A DNA stretch of 55,158 nucleotides from Atribacterota bacterium (GCA_028696495.1 JAQVGY010000002.1:1-55158); one strand, 5' to 3'. Positions 20,028 to 30,733 are shown, counted from the first letter of the stretch. Numbers and translations: made by a program. The notes: generated by a model from the letters alone, not told the origin.

Positions 20028-20056
20028 TTTACATAGCTGTACAAGCTTTTTATACT
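20028..20056 (+). promoter_or_regulatory. putative sigma-70 promoter of ffh-rpsP cluster
   Basis: TTTACA (20028-20033), 17-nt spacer, TATACT (20051-20056). Lies 22 nt upstream of the ffh ATG region. Confidence 0.45.
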
Positions 20057-20077
20057 TTTATATGGTGAATAATAATT

Positions 20078-21409
20078 ATGTTAGATATATTGTCGGAAAA
20101 ATTTCAATCAATTTTTTCAAAAATAAGAGAAAAAGGCAAAATTTCAGAATCTGATATTAAACAATCTTTAAGAGAAATCAAGCTTGCTCTTTTAGAAGCC
20201 GATGTTCATTATAAAGTGGTAAAAGATTTTATTGTAAAATTGGAAGAAAAGGTAAATCAGGAAGTACTTTCTAAAACCCTTACTCCCGGACAACAGATTA
20301 TTAAAATAACCCATGGAATATTAACTGAGATATTAGGAGAAAAACAGATTAAAATTAACATCAATGAGAAAATACCGACCACTATTCTTCTTATTGGTTT
20401 ACAGGGTTCTGGAAAAACAACTACTGCAGTTAAATTGGCTTTGACCCTTAAAAATAACGGACATATCCCGTTACTGGTAGCGGCTGATAGAATTAGGCCT
20501 GCTGCCATTGAACAGTTATCAATACTGGGCGGGGAAGCCGGTATTGATGTATTTACCGGGAATATCAATAAATCAGCTATTGATACTATTCTTGAAGCAG
20601 AACAATGGGCAAAAAAGTATAAATATAATGTTACTATTATTGATTCAGCAGGAAGACTACACATAGATCAAGAGCTAATACAGGAACTAAAGAAGATAAA
20701 AAACTCAATACAAGTTCATGAAACTTTACTTGTCCTTGATGCTTTAATGGGTCAGGATGCCCTGAGGGTAGCTAACGATTTTAATAATGAAGTTGGAGTA
20801 GATGGTTTTATTTTAACAAAATTGGATGGTGATGCCCGTGGTGGTGTTGCCCTTTCCCTAAGAAGTAGAACGAATTTACCTATTAAATTTGCTGGAGTAG
20901 GCGAAAAAATAACTGATTTAGAACCGTTTTATCCTGATCGTATTTCCTCCCGAATTCTTGGAATGGGGGATACCTTAACACTAATTGAAAAGATTGAAGC
21001 CAGCTATGCCCGTAATGAATTGCAAAATATGGGAGGAAAGGTATTTAGAGAACAGTTTAATTTGAATGATTTTTATGAACAACTGAAAAAAATCAAAAAA
21101 ATGGGTTCTCTGGAAAATATATTTAATTTGATGCCTTTTCAATTTTCAAGCTCATTAAAGAATATTAAACAGGATTTTGGAGATGAGGAAAAAGGATTAA
21201 AAAGGGTTGAAGCCATAATTTGTTCCATGACCAAACAAGAAAGGTTGGACCCTGATATTATTAATGGAAGCCGAAGAAGGAGAATTGCCAGAGGCAGTGG
21301 GACAACGGTAAACGAGGTAAACCGATTACTAAACCAATTTTTTAAAATGAAGAAATTTTTAAAACAGCGAACTGGTTTGGACTCATTAGTTCCTTTTATG
21401 AGAAAATAA
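20078..21409 (+). CDS. ffh: signal recognition particle protein Ffh (SRP54)
   Basis: GLQGSGKTTTAVKLA, DSAGRLH and TKLDGDARGG, with a Met-rich M domain containing RIARGSGTTVNEVNRLL. Confidence 0.95.
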   Translation: MLDILSEKFQSIFSKIREKGKISESDIKQSLREIKLALLEADVHYKVVKDFIVKLEEKVNQEVLSKTLTPGQQIIKITHGILTEILGEKQIKININEKIPTTILLIGLQGSGKTTTAVKLALTLKNNGHIPLLVAADRIRPAAIEQLSILGGEAGIDVFTGNINKSAIDTILEAEQWAKKYKYNVTIIDSAGRLHIDQELIQELKKIKNSIQVHETLLVLDALMGQDALRVANDFNNEVGVDGFILTKLDGDARGGVALSLRSRTNLPIKFAGVGEKITDLEPFYPDRISSRILGMGDTLTLIEKIEASYARNELQNMGGKVFREQFNLNDFYEQLKKIKKMGSLENIFNLMPFQFSSSLKNIKQDFGDEEKGLKRVEAIICSMTKQERLDPDIINGSRRRRIARGSGTTVNEVNRLLNQFFKMKKFLKQRTGLDSLVPFMRK

Positions 21410-21456
21410 ATAATAGATTGTACAAATAATATTTTAAATAATTTATGGAGGAAAAG

Positions 21457-21717
21457 ATGTCTGCGAAAATAAAACTGAGAAGAGAAGGCGCCAAAAAAAA
21501 TCCTTGTTATAAGGTTATAGTTATAGATTCCCGTAAAACAGGGGATGGAAGATTCATACAGATGTTAGGTTATTATCAGCCAACTAAAGAACCTTATGCC
21601 TTAAAAATTGACAAAGACGAGAGCTTAAAATGGATTAAGCAGGGAGCAAAGATGACAAAAACAGTGGAATCTTTACTTAGAAAAGAAGGCATACTGAATG
21701 ACTCTAAAGAAGTTTAA
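21457..21717 (+). CDS. rpsP: 30S ribosomal protein S16
   Basis: MSAKIKLRREGAKKNPCYKVIVIDSRKTGDGRFIQMLGYYQP. The tracked ORF starts at 21445, but the GGAGG at 21448-21452 serves ATG 21457. Confidence 0.9.
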   Translation: MSAKIKLRREGAKKNPCYKVIVIDSRKTGDGRFIQMLGYYQPTKEPYALKIDKDESLKWIKQGAKMTKTVESLLRKEGILNDSKEV

Positions 21718-21771
21718 TTAAAGCTGATACAGAGATAAGATGAGTTTATAAGAAATCCTTGGAGAAGTGAA

Positions 21772-22032
21772 TTGAAAGAAATTATTGACTATTTGTTAAA
21801 GATGTTAGTCGATTTTCCAGATAGTTTAAATATTAATACCATTAAGTTAAATAATGTTACTGTATTAGAGATAGTAGCTGACCCTGCAGATATTGGGAAA
21901 ATCATTGGTAAACAGGGAAGGGTAATCAAAGCAATAAGGGCAATTGTTAATGCGGCAACTGTAAAAGAAAAAACTAAGACTATAATTGAAATAAGAGAAG
22001 CCAGAGAGGAATATCCTTCTTCGAATTATTAA
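21772..22032 (+). CDS. KH-domain RNA-binding protein (YlqC/UPF0109 family)
   Basis: KH GXXG core IGKIIGKQGRVIKAIRAIV. 86 aa, between rpsP and trmD as in Firmicutes. TTG start. Confidence 0.85.
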   Translation: MKEIIDYLLKMLVDFPDSLNINTIKLNNVTVLEIVADPADIGKIIGKQGRVIKAIRAIVNAATVKEKTKTIIEIREAREEYPSSNY

Positions 22033-22057
22033 GAAGCAGGTTCCCATAAGGAGATTT

Positions 22058-22798
22058 ATGGAAATAACAGTGTTGACAATTTTCCCTAATATGTTTGATT
22101 CGCCCTTTGCAGAAAGCATTATTAAAAGGGCTATGGATAGACATCTGATAAACATCAACATCATGGATATTAGAAATTTTACCAAAGATAGGCATAAGAG
22201 TGTTGACGACTACTCCTATGGCGGTGGCCCGGGAATGATATTAAAGCCTGAGCCTATTGTTGATGCCATAGAATCTATTTATAAAAAAGATGGAAACTGG
22301 ACTGATAGTAAGATAATAATTACTTCTGCTCAAGGTAAAATATTTAATCAAAAAATAGCGAAAAAATTATCTACTTTAGAGAGAATTATTTTTATCTGTG
22401 GAAGATATGAAGGCATTGATGAGAGAGTTGGTCAGATACTAAATGCAGAAGAAATTTCAATAGGTGATTATGTTCTAACAGGTGGAGAAATACCGGTTAT
22501 GGTTATGGTTGATGCTATAATCAGGATGATTCCTGGAGTATTGGGAAAAGAAGAATCAGCCAAAAGTGATTCTTTTTACCATGGATTACTTGATTACCCC
22601 CATTTTACCAGACCGGAAAACTATAGAAACTTTAAAGTACCGGAGGTTTTATTATCGGGAGACCATGAAAAAATTGACAGATGGAGAATGAAGCAATCAT
22701 TACTGAGAACATTCATCCGCAGACCGGATTTGTTTGTAGATAGAAATTTTTCCGAAGAAGAACTTAAAATAATAGATGACTGGAAAAGAATTGATTAG
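22058..22798 (+). CDS. trmD: tRNA (guanine37-N1)-methyltransferase
   Basis: DDYSYGGGPGMILKPEP, ICGRYEGIDERV, SIGDYVLTGGE and LLSGDHEKIDRWR. Confidence 0.95.
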   Translation: MEITVLTIFPNMFDSPFAESIIKRAMDRHLININIMDIRNFTKDRHKSVDDYSYGGGPGMILKPEPIVDAIESIYKKDGNWTDSKIIITSAQGKIFNQKIAKKLSTLERIIFICGRYEGIDERVGQILNAEEISIGDYVLTGGEIPVMVMVDAIIRMIPGVLGKEESAKSDSFYHGLLDYPHFTRPENYRNFKVPEVLLSGDHEKIDRWRMKQSLLRTFIRRPDLFVDRNFSEEELKIIDDWKRID

Positions 22799-22814
22799 AA
22801 AAGAGAGGAATATA

Positions 22815-23150
22815 ATGATGAACAATATTAAATATATCGAAGATGCTCATTTAAAAAAAGAAACATTGGATATAAAACCCGGTGATCTAATCGAGGTACA
22901 CCAGAAGATTATTGAAGGGGAAAGAAAAAGAATTCAAATTTTCAGAGGGATTTTAATCGCCAGAAAGCATGGTGGGAGCAGAGAGACAATAACTGTAAGA
23001 AAGGTTAGCAAAGGTATTGGTGTTGAAAAAATATTTCCAATACATTCCCCTACCATAGAAAGTATTAAACTTATTAAAAGAGGTACTGCTAGAAGAGCAA
23101 AATTATATTTCTTAAGGGATAGGGTTGGACAAAGAGGATTGATGGCTTAA
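22815..23150 (+). CDS. rplS: 50S ribosomal protein L19
   Basis: KPGDLIEVHQKIIEGERKRIQIFRGILIARKHGG..ETITVRK..GVEKIFPIHSP..RRAKLYFLR. The tracked ORF opens at 22776, but the GAGAGGAA Shine-Dalgarno and homologue N-termini favour ATG 22815. Confidence 0.9.
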   Translation: MMNNIKYIEDAHLKKETLDIKPGDLIEVHQKIIEGERKRIQIFRGILIARKHGGSRETITVRKVSKGIGVEKIFPIHSPTIESIKLIKRGTARRAKLYFLRDRVGQRGLMA

Positions 23151-23171
23151 TTCTCTTTAGATTTAATTAAA

Positions 23172-23858
23172 TTGATTAAAAAAGTTTCACGTTTAAGAAG
23201 AAAAATTAATTTTTTATATCAGGAAAGAATAAGGATTGAAAAATTAAAGGCTATTGAAAGAAATCTATTACTTTCTGGTTTTCACTGTATCGCAGGTATT
23301 GATGAGGTGGGAAGGGGAGCCCTGGCAGGACCAGTTGTAGCCGCAGCTGTGGTACTTAGAGATATTGATTCTTTTTTTATCACTGATTTAAAAGATTCTA
23401 AAAAAATAAGTAAAAATAAAAGGGAATATTTGTATAAATTAATCATGGACAAATCCTGTGATATCGGAATTGGCCTGGCCAGCCCTGCTACAATTGACAG
23501 AATAAATATACTAAAGGCAACATTGCTGGCTATGACAAGAGCCATTGCATCTCTCAGCCAACAGCCTGATTATTTATTAATTGATGCCTTGAAAATACCC
23601 TTTATTGAAACAGAGCAAGACAGTATTGTCAAAGGTGAAGACAAGAGTATATCCATAGCTGCTGCTTCAGTAGTGGCTAAAGTATATCGGGATAACCTTA
23701 TGAGGGAATTTCATAAAAAATATCCAATTTATCTTTTTAATCAGAATATGGGATATGGAACAAAAAAACATTTTGCAGCTATAAAGACTGATGGAATTTG
23801 CCCTATCCACCGTAAAACTTTTAAAGGCGTGGTTGTAAATAATAAAAATACTCATTAA
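23172..23858 (+). CDS. rnhB: ribonuclease HII
   Basis: IAGIDEVGRGALAGPVVAAAVV (DEVGRG catalytic motif), DSKK and SIAAASVVAKVYRD. TTG start. Confidence 0.9.
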   Translation: MIKKVSRLRRKINFLYQERIRIEKLKAIERNLLLSGFHCIAGIDEVGRGALAGPVVAAAVVLRDIDSFFITDLKDSKKISKNKREYLYKLIMDKSCDIGIGLASPATIDRINILKATLLAMTRAIASLSQQPDYLLIDALKIPFIETEQDSIVKGEDKSISIAAASVVAKVYRDNLMREFHKKYPIYLFNQNMGYGTKKHFAAIKTDGICPIHRKTFKGVVVNNKNTH

Positions 23859-23885
23859 AACTATTATTAAACCAAATAGAACTAT

Positions 23886-24239
23886 ATGAATAATATCGGA
23901 AAAATTGGGGAAGAATTAGCAAGGCACTATTTATCTAAAAAAGGTTATCATATTTTAGAACAAAACTACAGGGTTGTCTTTGGTGAAATTGATATTATTG
24001 CTGAAAAGAATAATTGCATATGTTTTATTGAAGTAAAATGTAGAAAATCGCAAAAATATGGACTTCCTGAAGAATCTATCACTAAATATAAAATGAATAA
24101 AATTATAAAGGTTGCACAATTATACATTAAACAAAAAGGTATTGAAGATAAACTTTTTCGTTTTGATGTTATTACACTCCAATTTAATCACCGTTTATTG
24201 GCAAAAATAAAACATATTCCCAATGCATTTCATTGTTAA
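23886..24239 (+). CDS. YraN family (UPF0102) endonuclease-like protein
   Basis: IGEELARHYLSKKGYHILEQNYR..GEIDIIAEKNNCICFIEVKCR, a PD-(D/E)xK-like core. 117 aa. Precedes comM as in many bacteria. Confidence 0.8.
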   Translation: MNNIGKIGEELARHYLSKKGYHILEQNYRVVFGEIDIIAEKNNCICFIEVKCRKSQKYGLPEESITKYKMNKIIKVAQLYIKQKGIEDKLFRFDVITLQFNHRLLAKIKHIPNAFHC

Positions 24240-24274
24240 ATACAATAAATATAGTTATAGGATTAGGTGCTATC

Positions 24275-25810
24275 TTGATTTCAAAACTTTGCAGTGCTGC
24301 TCTTTTAGGTGTAGAAGCATTTCTTGTTGAAGTAGAAGTTGATGTTGCCAGCGGGCTACCTTCTTTTAATATAGTGGGCTTGCCTGATACCGCAATACAG
24401 GAATCGCGAGAAAGAGTCAGGTCTGCCTTAACAAATTCTGAATTTCGATTTCCAATGCAAAGAATAACTGTAAATTTAGCACCTGCAGATATTAAAAAGG
24501 AAGGCCCTGCCTTAGATTTACCAATTGCCGTAGGAATACTGGCTGCCAATGATCAATTACAGGGATTTTCTTTAAAAAATTGTATTATTATAGGCGAACT
24601 CTCTCTGAATGGCAGCATAAGGCCGGTAAACGGGGTATTATCAATTGCCTTAATGGCTAGAAAAAATGGTATTGATAATATCATCGTTCCTATGGAAAAT
24701 GCTGAGGAAGCCGGAATAGTAGATGGAATAAAAATCTATCCTGTTTCTAATTTACGACAGGTAGTTAGATTTCTGAATAAACAAATAAATATTAACCCTT
24801 TTTATGTCAATAGAGAAAAATTGCTTTCTAATATTGATGTCTATTCAGTCGACTTTGCCGATGTCAAGGGTCAGCAACATGCCAAAAGGGCTTTGGAAGT
24901 AGCGGCAGCCGGGGGACATAATGTTATAATGATTGGTCCACCAGGTTCTGGTAAAACTATGTTAGCCAAACGTCTTCCCACAATTTTACCCGCTATTTCC
25001 CTGGAGGAATCAATTGAAATAACCCGCCTCTACAGTATTTCTAATTTTGCCAATAGAAGCTCTCCTATTATGACCAGAAGGCCTTTTCGGGCACCACACC
25101 ATACCATAAGTGATATCGGACTTATCGGAGGAGGAACTTTCCCTAAGCCTGGTGAAATCAGCTTGGCTCATAACGGGGTATTGTTCTTAGATGAACTCCC
25201 TGAATTCAGCCGTTCGGCATTAGAATCATTACGTCAACCAATAGAAAACGGAATAGTTACAATTTCCAGAGCATTACGTTCAGTCACTTATTTATCGCGT
25301 TTTATGCTTGTAGCAGCCGCCAATCCCTGTCCTTGTGGTTTTTTTGGTGACCCGGTCAAACAATGTACCTGCACCTCATACCAAATTCAAAAATACAGGG
25401 CAAAAATCTCGGGTCCACTATTGGATAGAATCGATATACAGATTGAAGTACCAAGACTTGATTATAAAGAATTAGTAAAGAGAAAAAATGACTATGAGAG
25501 TTCCGGTGAAATTAGAAAAAGAATTGAAAAATCCAGGAAGATACAATTAGTTCGTTTCCAAGGAAAAAAAATTTATAATAACTCACAGATGAATCGCAAA
25601 GATATTGAAAAATACTGTTCATTGTCGGAAGAAGCCTGGAACCTACTAAATCAGGCAATGGAAAAATTAAAATTGAGTGCACGGGCATATGATAAAATCT
25701 TAAAATTATCCAGAACAATTGCAGATATTGATTTAGTAGAAGAAATTCAGGCTGTACATATAGCTGAAGCTGTTCAATACAGGAGTTTAGATAGAGAATA
25801 TCTGATATAA
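24275..25810 (+). CDS. comM: YifB/ComM family Mg-chelatase-like AAA+ ATPase
   Basis: N-terminal Lon-like SAALLGVEAFLVEVEVDVASGLPSFNIVGLPDTAIQESRERV. Walker A GPPGSGKTMLAKRL and Walker B VLFLDELPEF. Cys cluster CPCGFFGDPVKQCTC. The ORF opens at TTG 24233, but homologue N-termini favour TTG 24275. Confidence 0.9.
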   Translation: MISKLCSAALLGVEAFLVEVEVDVASGLPSFNIVGLPDTAIQESRERVRSALTNSEFRFPMQRITVNLAPADIKKEGPALDLPIAVGILAANDQLQGFSLKNCIIIGELSLNGSIRPVNGVLSIALMARKNGIDNIIVPMENAEEAGIVDGIKIYPVSNLRQVVRFLNKQININPFYVNREKLLSNIDVYSVDFADVKGQQHAKRALEVAAAGGHNVIMIGPPGSGKTMLAKRLPTILPAISLEESIEITRLYSISNFANRSSPIMTRRPFRAPHHTISDIGLIGGGTFPKPGEISLAHNGVLFLDELPEFSRSALESLRQPIENGIVTISRALRSVTYLSRFMLVAAANPCPCGFFGDPVKQCTCTSYQIQKYRAKISGPLLDRIDIQIEVPRLDYKELVKRKNDYESSGEIRKRIEKSRKIQLVRFQGKKIYNNSQMNRKDIEKYCSLSEEAWNLLNQAMEKLKLSARAYDKILKLSRTIADIDLVEEIQAVHIAEAVQYRSLDREYLI

Positions 25811-25843
25811 AAATATCTGGTTAGATATGAAGAGGTTAATAGT

Positions 25844-26515
25844 ATGTTTAAAAATAAATTGGCTCCATCAATATTAAATGCTGACTTTTCCTGTCTGAAG
25901 GAAGTTTTGCTCTTATTAGAAAGATGTAAGGTAGATTTAGTCCATCTTGATGTTATGGATGGGAATTTTGTCCCCAATATTACTTTTGGTCCTAAGATAG
26001 TTAACACCATTAGAAAAAATATCAGTCTCCCACTTAGCGTACATCTGATGATAGAAAAACCGGAAAGATATATTGAAGTATTCTCTAAAGCTTTATTCAC
26101 CCGGGATAGTATTATTGTACATGTTGAAACATGCCCCCATTTAGACAAAACATTACAGATGATAATTGATTCCGGATTAAAAACCGGAGTAGCCCTTAAT
26201 CCTGCAACTCCATTGGAAATGATAAAGCATGTCCTGGACAAGCTGAATGTTATACTGATAATGACTGTTAACCCTGGTTTTGGTGGACAACAATTTATAA
26301 CAACTATGATAAAAAAAATTACCCAAGCCAGGGAAATAGTGAATAAGTTCGGGAAAAACATTGATATTCAGGTAGATGGTGGAGTAAATATTAAAAATAT
26401 TGAAACAGTCAATAAAGCAGGAGCAAATATTCTTGTAGTTGGTTCTGAAATATTTGAAGCTGAAAATCCTGAGAATATGATAAGAGATATTCAAAAAAAG
26501 CTGCAAATCTTATAA
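25844..26515 (+). CDS. rpe: ribulose-phosphate 3-epimerase
   Basis: LAPSILNADF, HLDVMDGNFVPNITFG, MTVNPGFGGQQF and DGGVN motifs. Confidence 0.9.
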   Translation: MFKNKLAPSILNADFSCLKEVLLLLERCKVDLVHLDVMDGNFVPNITFGPKIVNTIRKNISLPLSVHLMIEKPERYIEVFSKALFTRDSIIVHVETCPHLDKTLQMIIDSGLKTGVALNPATPLEMIKHVLDKLNVILIMTVNPGFGGQQFITTMIKKITQAREIVNKFGKNIDIQVDGGVNIKNIETVNKAGANILVVGSEIFEAENPENMIRDIQKKLQIL

Positions 26516-26557
26516 ATCATCTACTCATTTTCATAAATTAAGCGGGTATCTAAAAAT

Positions 26558-27889
26558 ATGAAGACAAAGGTTGCCATTATTGGAAAAACAAACACCGGTA
26601 AATCTACATTATTTAATTATATAGTGGGTTTTAGAAAGGCCATTGTCCTGCCTGAATCCGGGGTTACCCGTGATCGGAATTATACTGAAGTTGAATGGCA
26701 TGGAAAAGTTTTTACTCTGATTGATACTGGTGGCATTGATTATAACAATAAAGATAAACCCTTACAAAAAATGATATTGGATCAGGCTGAAAAAGCCATT
26801 TCCGAATCTGAAATTATCCTGTTTCTTTTAGATGTTATGACCGGTATCCAACAGGAAGATATTGACATAGCTGCATTTATTCGAAATAAAAATAAAAAAG
26901 TTATCTTAGCCATAAATAAGAATGATATAAAGGAAAAAAATTATTTTTTAAGCGATTTTTATCAGCTGGGTTTAGGAGAACCCTGCCTCATTTCTGCTGA
27001 ACAGGGAACCAATATCTACGAACTATTGGATAGATTAACCGCATTAATACCCGATAAAGAAAAAAGAATTGATTCGGCTAAAGATTTTGATACTGTAATA
27101 AGGGTGGCAATTATTGGAAAACCCAATGTCGGTAAATCAAGTATTTTGAATGCTATTTTAAAAGAGGAGAGAATTATCGTAGATGAAAGCCCCGGTACCA
27201 CCAGAGATGCAATAGAGGTTTCACTCGAATTTGATGATTATAAAATAATTTTTGTTGATACTGCTGGGTTAAGAAGAAAAAAAAGCGTGAAAAATAAGAT
27301 TGAATATTATGGCAATCTGAGAGCTATTGACTCTATCAAAAAGGCAGATATAGTATTATTAGTTTTAGATGGTACACAAATTATCAGTATGCAGGATAAA
27401 CGGCTGGCTAACAGGATTATTGAGGAAAAAAAAGCCTGTATTGTTCTATTGAATAAATTTGATTTAGTAAAAAAAGAAATAGGAATTGATAAAAACCAAC
27501 TTTTGAAAATAAGCAAATACAGTTTAAAATTTTTAAAAGATGCTCTCATACTAACCACAATAGCCATAGAACCAAAAAAAGACTTTTTACCTGTCCTGAA
27601 AGCAATTATTGAGATATTTAAAAAATATAATAAAAAGATAGTTACCTCTAAACTGAACAATTTTTTACAGAATATTGTTAATAAAAGAGCCCCCAAGATA
27701 GTCAGCGGTAAAAGAATCCATTTTTACTATATCACCCAAGTGGGAACCAAACCTCCCGCCTTTAAAATATTTGTAAACAATCCTGAACTTCTATATAATT
27801 CATATCAAAGATATATGGAAAACCAATTCGTAAAAAACTTCGATTTTAAAGGAATTCCAATTCTATTTTATTATGAAAAGAGGAAATAA
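26558..27889 (+). CDS. der: ribosome-biogenesis GTPase Der (EngA)
   Basis: Two tandem G domains (GKTNTGKSTLFN..DTGG..NKND and GKPNVGKSSILN..DTAG..NKFD) plus a C-terminal KH-like domain. Confidence 0.95.
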   Translation: MKTKVAIIGKTNTGKSTLFNYIVGFRKAIVLPESGVTRDRNYTEVEWHGKVFTLIDTGGIDYNNKDKPLQKMILDQAEKAISESEIILFLLDVMTGIQQEDIDIAAFIRNKNKKVILAINKNDIKEKNYFLSDFYQLGLGEPCLISAEQGTNIYELLDRLTALIPDKEKRIDSAKDFDTVIRVAIIGKPNVGKSSILNAILKEERIIVDESPGTTRDAIEVSLEFDDYKIIFVDTAGLRRKKSVKNKIEYYGNLRAIDSIKKADIVLLVLDGTQIISMQDKRLANRIIEEKKACIVLLNKFDLVKKEIGIDKNQLLKISKYSLKFLKDALILTTIAIEPKKDFLPVLKAIIEIFKKYNKKIVTSKLNNFLQNIVNKRAPKIVSGKRIHFYYITQVGTKPPAFKIFVNNPELLYNSYQRYMENQFVKNFDFKGIPILFYYEKRK

Positions 27890-27904
27890 AAAACAAGGGA
27901 TAAG

Positions 27905-28540
27905 ATGGAAATTATGATGTCGGTGAGAATTGCCTTAATTCTAATTATCAGTTTCTTTTTAGGTTCCATACCTTTTGGCTATTTAGTTAGTAAATACCTG
28001 AAGAAGATTGATATCAGGGAATATGGTAGCGGCAATATAGGAACAGCAAACACTTTTCGTGTTCTGGGCGTCAGATATGCGTTGCTGGTTCTGATTGGAG
28101 ACTGCTCAAAGGGGCTACTGGCAGTCTATCTTGCTAAGATAGTAGCCACAGAAAGCATTACTCTTCAACTATTAACCGGACTTTTTGCCATTATGGGACA
28201 TAACTGGTCTATTTTTCTGAAGCTCAAGGGGGGCAAAGGCATTGCAACCACTTTTGGAGTTATTCTATCTATTTACCCCAATATTGCATTTATATCGGCA
28301 ATAATATGGGTAGTGTTAGTAATAGCTTTTAGATTTGCAGCCCTTGGTTCAATTGTCTCTGTTCTCAGTATGTTTATTCTATCTTTTATCTTTGAGACAC
28401 CCGCTGAATTTAAATATTTTTTAACAATTATTAACCTGCTGGCAATATTTCGTCATCGAAGTAACATTATCCGATTGCTACAGCACCGTGAAAATAGAAT
28501 AATTTCTAATAAAGATAATTTTAAAAAACAGGATGCTTGA
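27905..28540 (+). CDS. plsY: glycerol-3-phosphate acyltransferase PlsY (acyl-phosphate dependent)
   Basis: GSIPFGYLVSK, REYGSGNIGTANTFRVLG and HNWSIFLKLKGGKGIAT. Polytopic membrane protein located after der. Confidence 0.9.
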   Translation: MEIMMSVRIALILIISFFLGSIPFGYLVSKYLKKIDIREYGSGNIGTANTFRVLGVRYALLVLIGDCSKGLLAVYLAKIVATESITLQLLTGLFAIMGHNWSIFLKLKGGKGIATTFGVILSIYPNIAFISAIIWVVLVIAFRFAALGSIVSVLSMFILSFIFETPAEFKYFLTIINLLAIFRHRSNIIRLLQHRENRIISNKDNFKKQDA

Positions 28541-28627
28541 TAGCATATAGTAACGGGTTTAAACATATGGCATTATATTCTAAATTTAAAATGGATATAT
28601 ACTTAAAAAAATAGATATGGATAAAAA

Positions 28628-30733
28628 ATGAAAAAAGATCTTATTATTGTTGAATCTCCAACAAAAGAAAGAGTGTTAAAAGAAATGATAGGCGATAAAT
28701 TCCTTATCATCTCTAGCAAAGGTCATATTAAAGACTTGCCAAAATCGAGGATGGGCATTGATATTGATAACAATTTTAATCCAACCTGGGTTGTAATTCC
28801 CGGAAAAAATCAGGTGGTTAAAAATATAAAAAATATGGCTGAAGGAAAAGAAAAAATATTATTAGCTACCGACCCGGATAGAGAAGGAGAGGCTATTTCC
28901 TGGCATATAGCACAAGAATTGAATATTATTTATCAAAAATGTAGAATATCTTTTAACGAAATAACTAAAAATGTGGTATTAAAAGCCATTGATAATCCTA
29001 GAGAATTAGATATGAATATAGTCAATTCACAGATTGCCAGAAGATTATTAGACCGTTTAGTCGGGTATAAGGTTAGCCCGTTATGCTATAGATATACCAG
29101 CGGGAAGAGTGCCGGCAGAGTGCAGTCTGTGGCAGTTCACTTAATTGTTAAAAGAGAAAAAGAGATTGATGCTTTTAAATCAGAAGAATATTGGAAAATA
29201 AATGTATTATTGTTGAAGGAAAAAGATGTTCAAGATAATGCTTTCCAGGCTTCGCTAATATCAAAAAATGGTGTTAAGATAAAGATTAAAAATAAAGAAG
29301 AAGCCGAATTCTATTGCAAAGATATTAAGGGACATCCTTTTATTGTATCAGAAATCAAAACAACTAAAAGCCACAAATCTCCGTCTCTCCCCTTAAAAAC
29401 AAGTACATTGCAACAAATAGCTTATAACAGATTAAATTTTTCCGTAAAAAAAACCATGAGAGTTGCCCAACAATTATATGAAGGGGTATCTATTGCCAGT
29501 ATAGGAACTCTGGGGCTAATTACTTACATGAGAACAGATTCAACAAGAATTTCTGATGAAGCTAAAAGCAATGCCAGGAGATATATTACAGAAAAATATG
29601 GAAAAGACTATGTGGCTCATGGCAAAAGTGGAGAACAGGTATCAAAAGATAAAAAGGCTGTAAAAATTCAGGATGCCCATGAGGCAATCAGACCGACTTC
29701 AATAAATTTAGAACCGGAATCTATCAAGAATAATTTAACCGGTGATCAATTCAAACTCTATCAGTTGATTTGGAAATATTTTATAGCCAGTCAGATGAAA
29801 TCTGCTTTAATAGAAAAAAAGAATATTAAAATCAGGGCAAATGAGTACATTTTTGAAGTAAATGGTAGCAGTATAGTATTCCCGGGGTACTTAAAAGTAT
29901 TGGGAGAGGGTGAAATTGAAAAGGTTAGCATACCTATTTTAAAAGAGGAAGAGAATCTAATATTATTAAAAATAGACCCCAAACAGCTTTTTACCAAACC
30001 ACCGGCAAGATATAATGAAGCAAGTCTGGTAAAAATATTAGAGAAAGAGGGCATCGGGAGGCCCAGCACTTATTCAGTTATTATTGATAAAATATTGAGC
30101 AGAGGTTATGTTGAAAAAGAAGATAGAAGATTAATACCAACTAAATTGGGAATTGAAGTAGATCAATTTTTGATAAAATATTTTTCTAATATTATAAATG
30201 TAAAATTTACAGCAATAATGGAAAACGAATTGGACAAAATTGAATCAGGGGAACATGATTGGCATGATGTTTTGAATACATTTTATAAATCCCTGTTATT
30301 TAATATAGACCATCTACAGGAAAAGCCACCTCAAAAAATTGTGCAAAAAACTAAAGAATTAACAGATGAAAAATGTACTGTATGTGATAGCCCCATGGAA
30401 ATAAAGAATGGCCCTTATGGAAAATATATGGCTTGCTCCCAATTCCCACACAAACATCCCACCAAACCTTATCTTATTAAGATTGGTATTGCCTGCCCTC
30501 GAGAAGGATGTGGTGGTGAAATTGTCAGGTTAAAGAGTAAAAAGGGTCGATATTTTTATGGTTGCAGCAAATACCCTGATTGTAATTTCTATTCAATTTT
30601 TCTTCCTGTAGATAGAAAATGTCCTGAATGTGGTTCCATTCTTGTTAAGAATCCTGGTAAGGGCAAAAATACTCTTTACCAGTGTATTAATAAAGAATGC
30701 AATTATCGGGAAAAGGCCTTAAAGAATGAATAA
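28628..30733 (+). CDS. topA: DNA topoisomerase I
   Basis: Toprim motifs LIIVESPTK and DPDREGEAISWH. Active-site tyrosine in ITYMRTDSTRIS. Three C-terminal Cys4 zinc ribbons (CTVCDS.., CPREGCGG.., CPECGS..). Confidence 0.95.
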   Translation: MKKDLIIVESPTKERVLKEMIGDKFLIISSKGHIKDLPKSRMGIDIDNNFNPTWVVIPGKNQVVKNIKNMAEGKEKILLATDPDREGEAISWHIAQELNIIYQKCRISFNEITKNVVLKAIDNPRELDMNIVNSQIARRLLDRLVGYKVSPLCYRYTSGKSAGRVQSVAVHLIVKREKEIDAFKSEEYWKINVLLLKEKDVQDNAFQASLISKNGVKIKIKNKEEAEFYCKDIKGHPFIVSEIKTTKSHKSPSLPLKTSTLQQIAYNRLNFSVKKTMRVAQQLYEGVSIASIGTLGLITYMRTDSTRISDEAKSNARRYITEKYGKDYVAHGKSGEQVSKDKKAVKIQDAHEAIRPTSINLEPESIKNNLTGDQFKLYQLIWKYFIASQMKSALIEKKNIKIRANEYIFEVNGSSIVFPGYLKVLGEGEIEKVSIPILKEEENLILLKIDPKQLFTKPPARYNEASLVKILEKEGIGRPSTYSVIIDKILSRGYVEKEDRRLIPTKLGIEVDQFLIKYFSNIINVKFTAIMENELDKIESGEHDWHDVLNTFYKSLLFNIDHLQEKPPQKIVQKTKELTDEKCTVCDSPMEIKNGPYGKYMACSQFPHKHPTKPYLIKIGIACPREGCGGEIVRLKSKKGRYFYGCSKYPDCNFYSIFLPVDRKCPECGSILVKNPGKGKNTLYQCINKECNYREKALKNE

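Noticed and set aside
25774-26361. Long antisense ORFs opposite well-supported genes: 195 aa opposite rpe, plus 12705-13202 opposite pta, 24184-24549 opposite comM, 20257-20664 opposite ffh and 49252-49626 opposite atpB, among others.
   Set aside because: All lie entirely within strongly motif-supported genes on the other strand. Their composition is low-complexity and hydrophobic, they lack Shine-Dalgarno sequences and they show no recognisable motifs. These are typical shadow ORFs.
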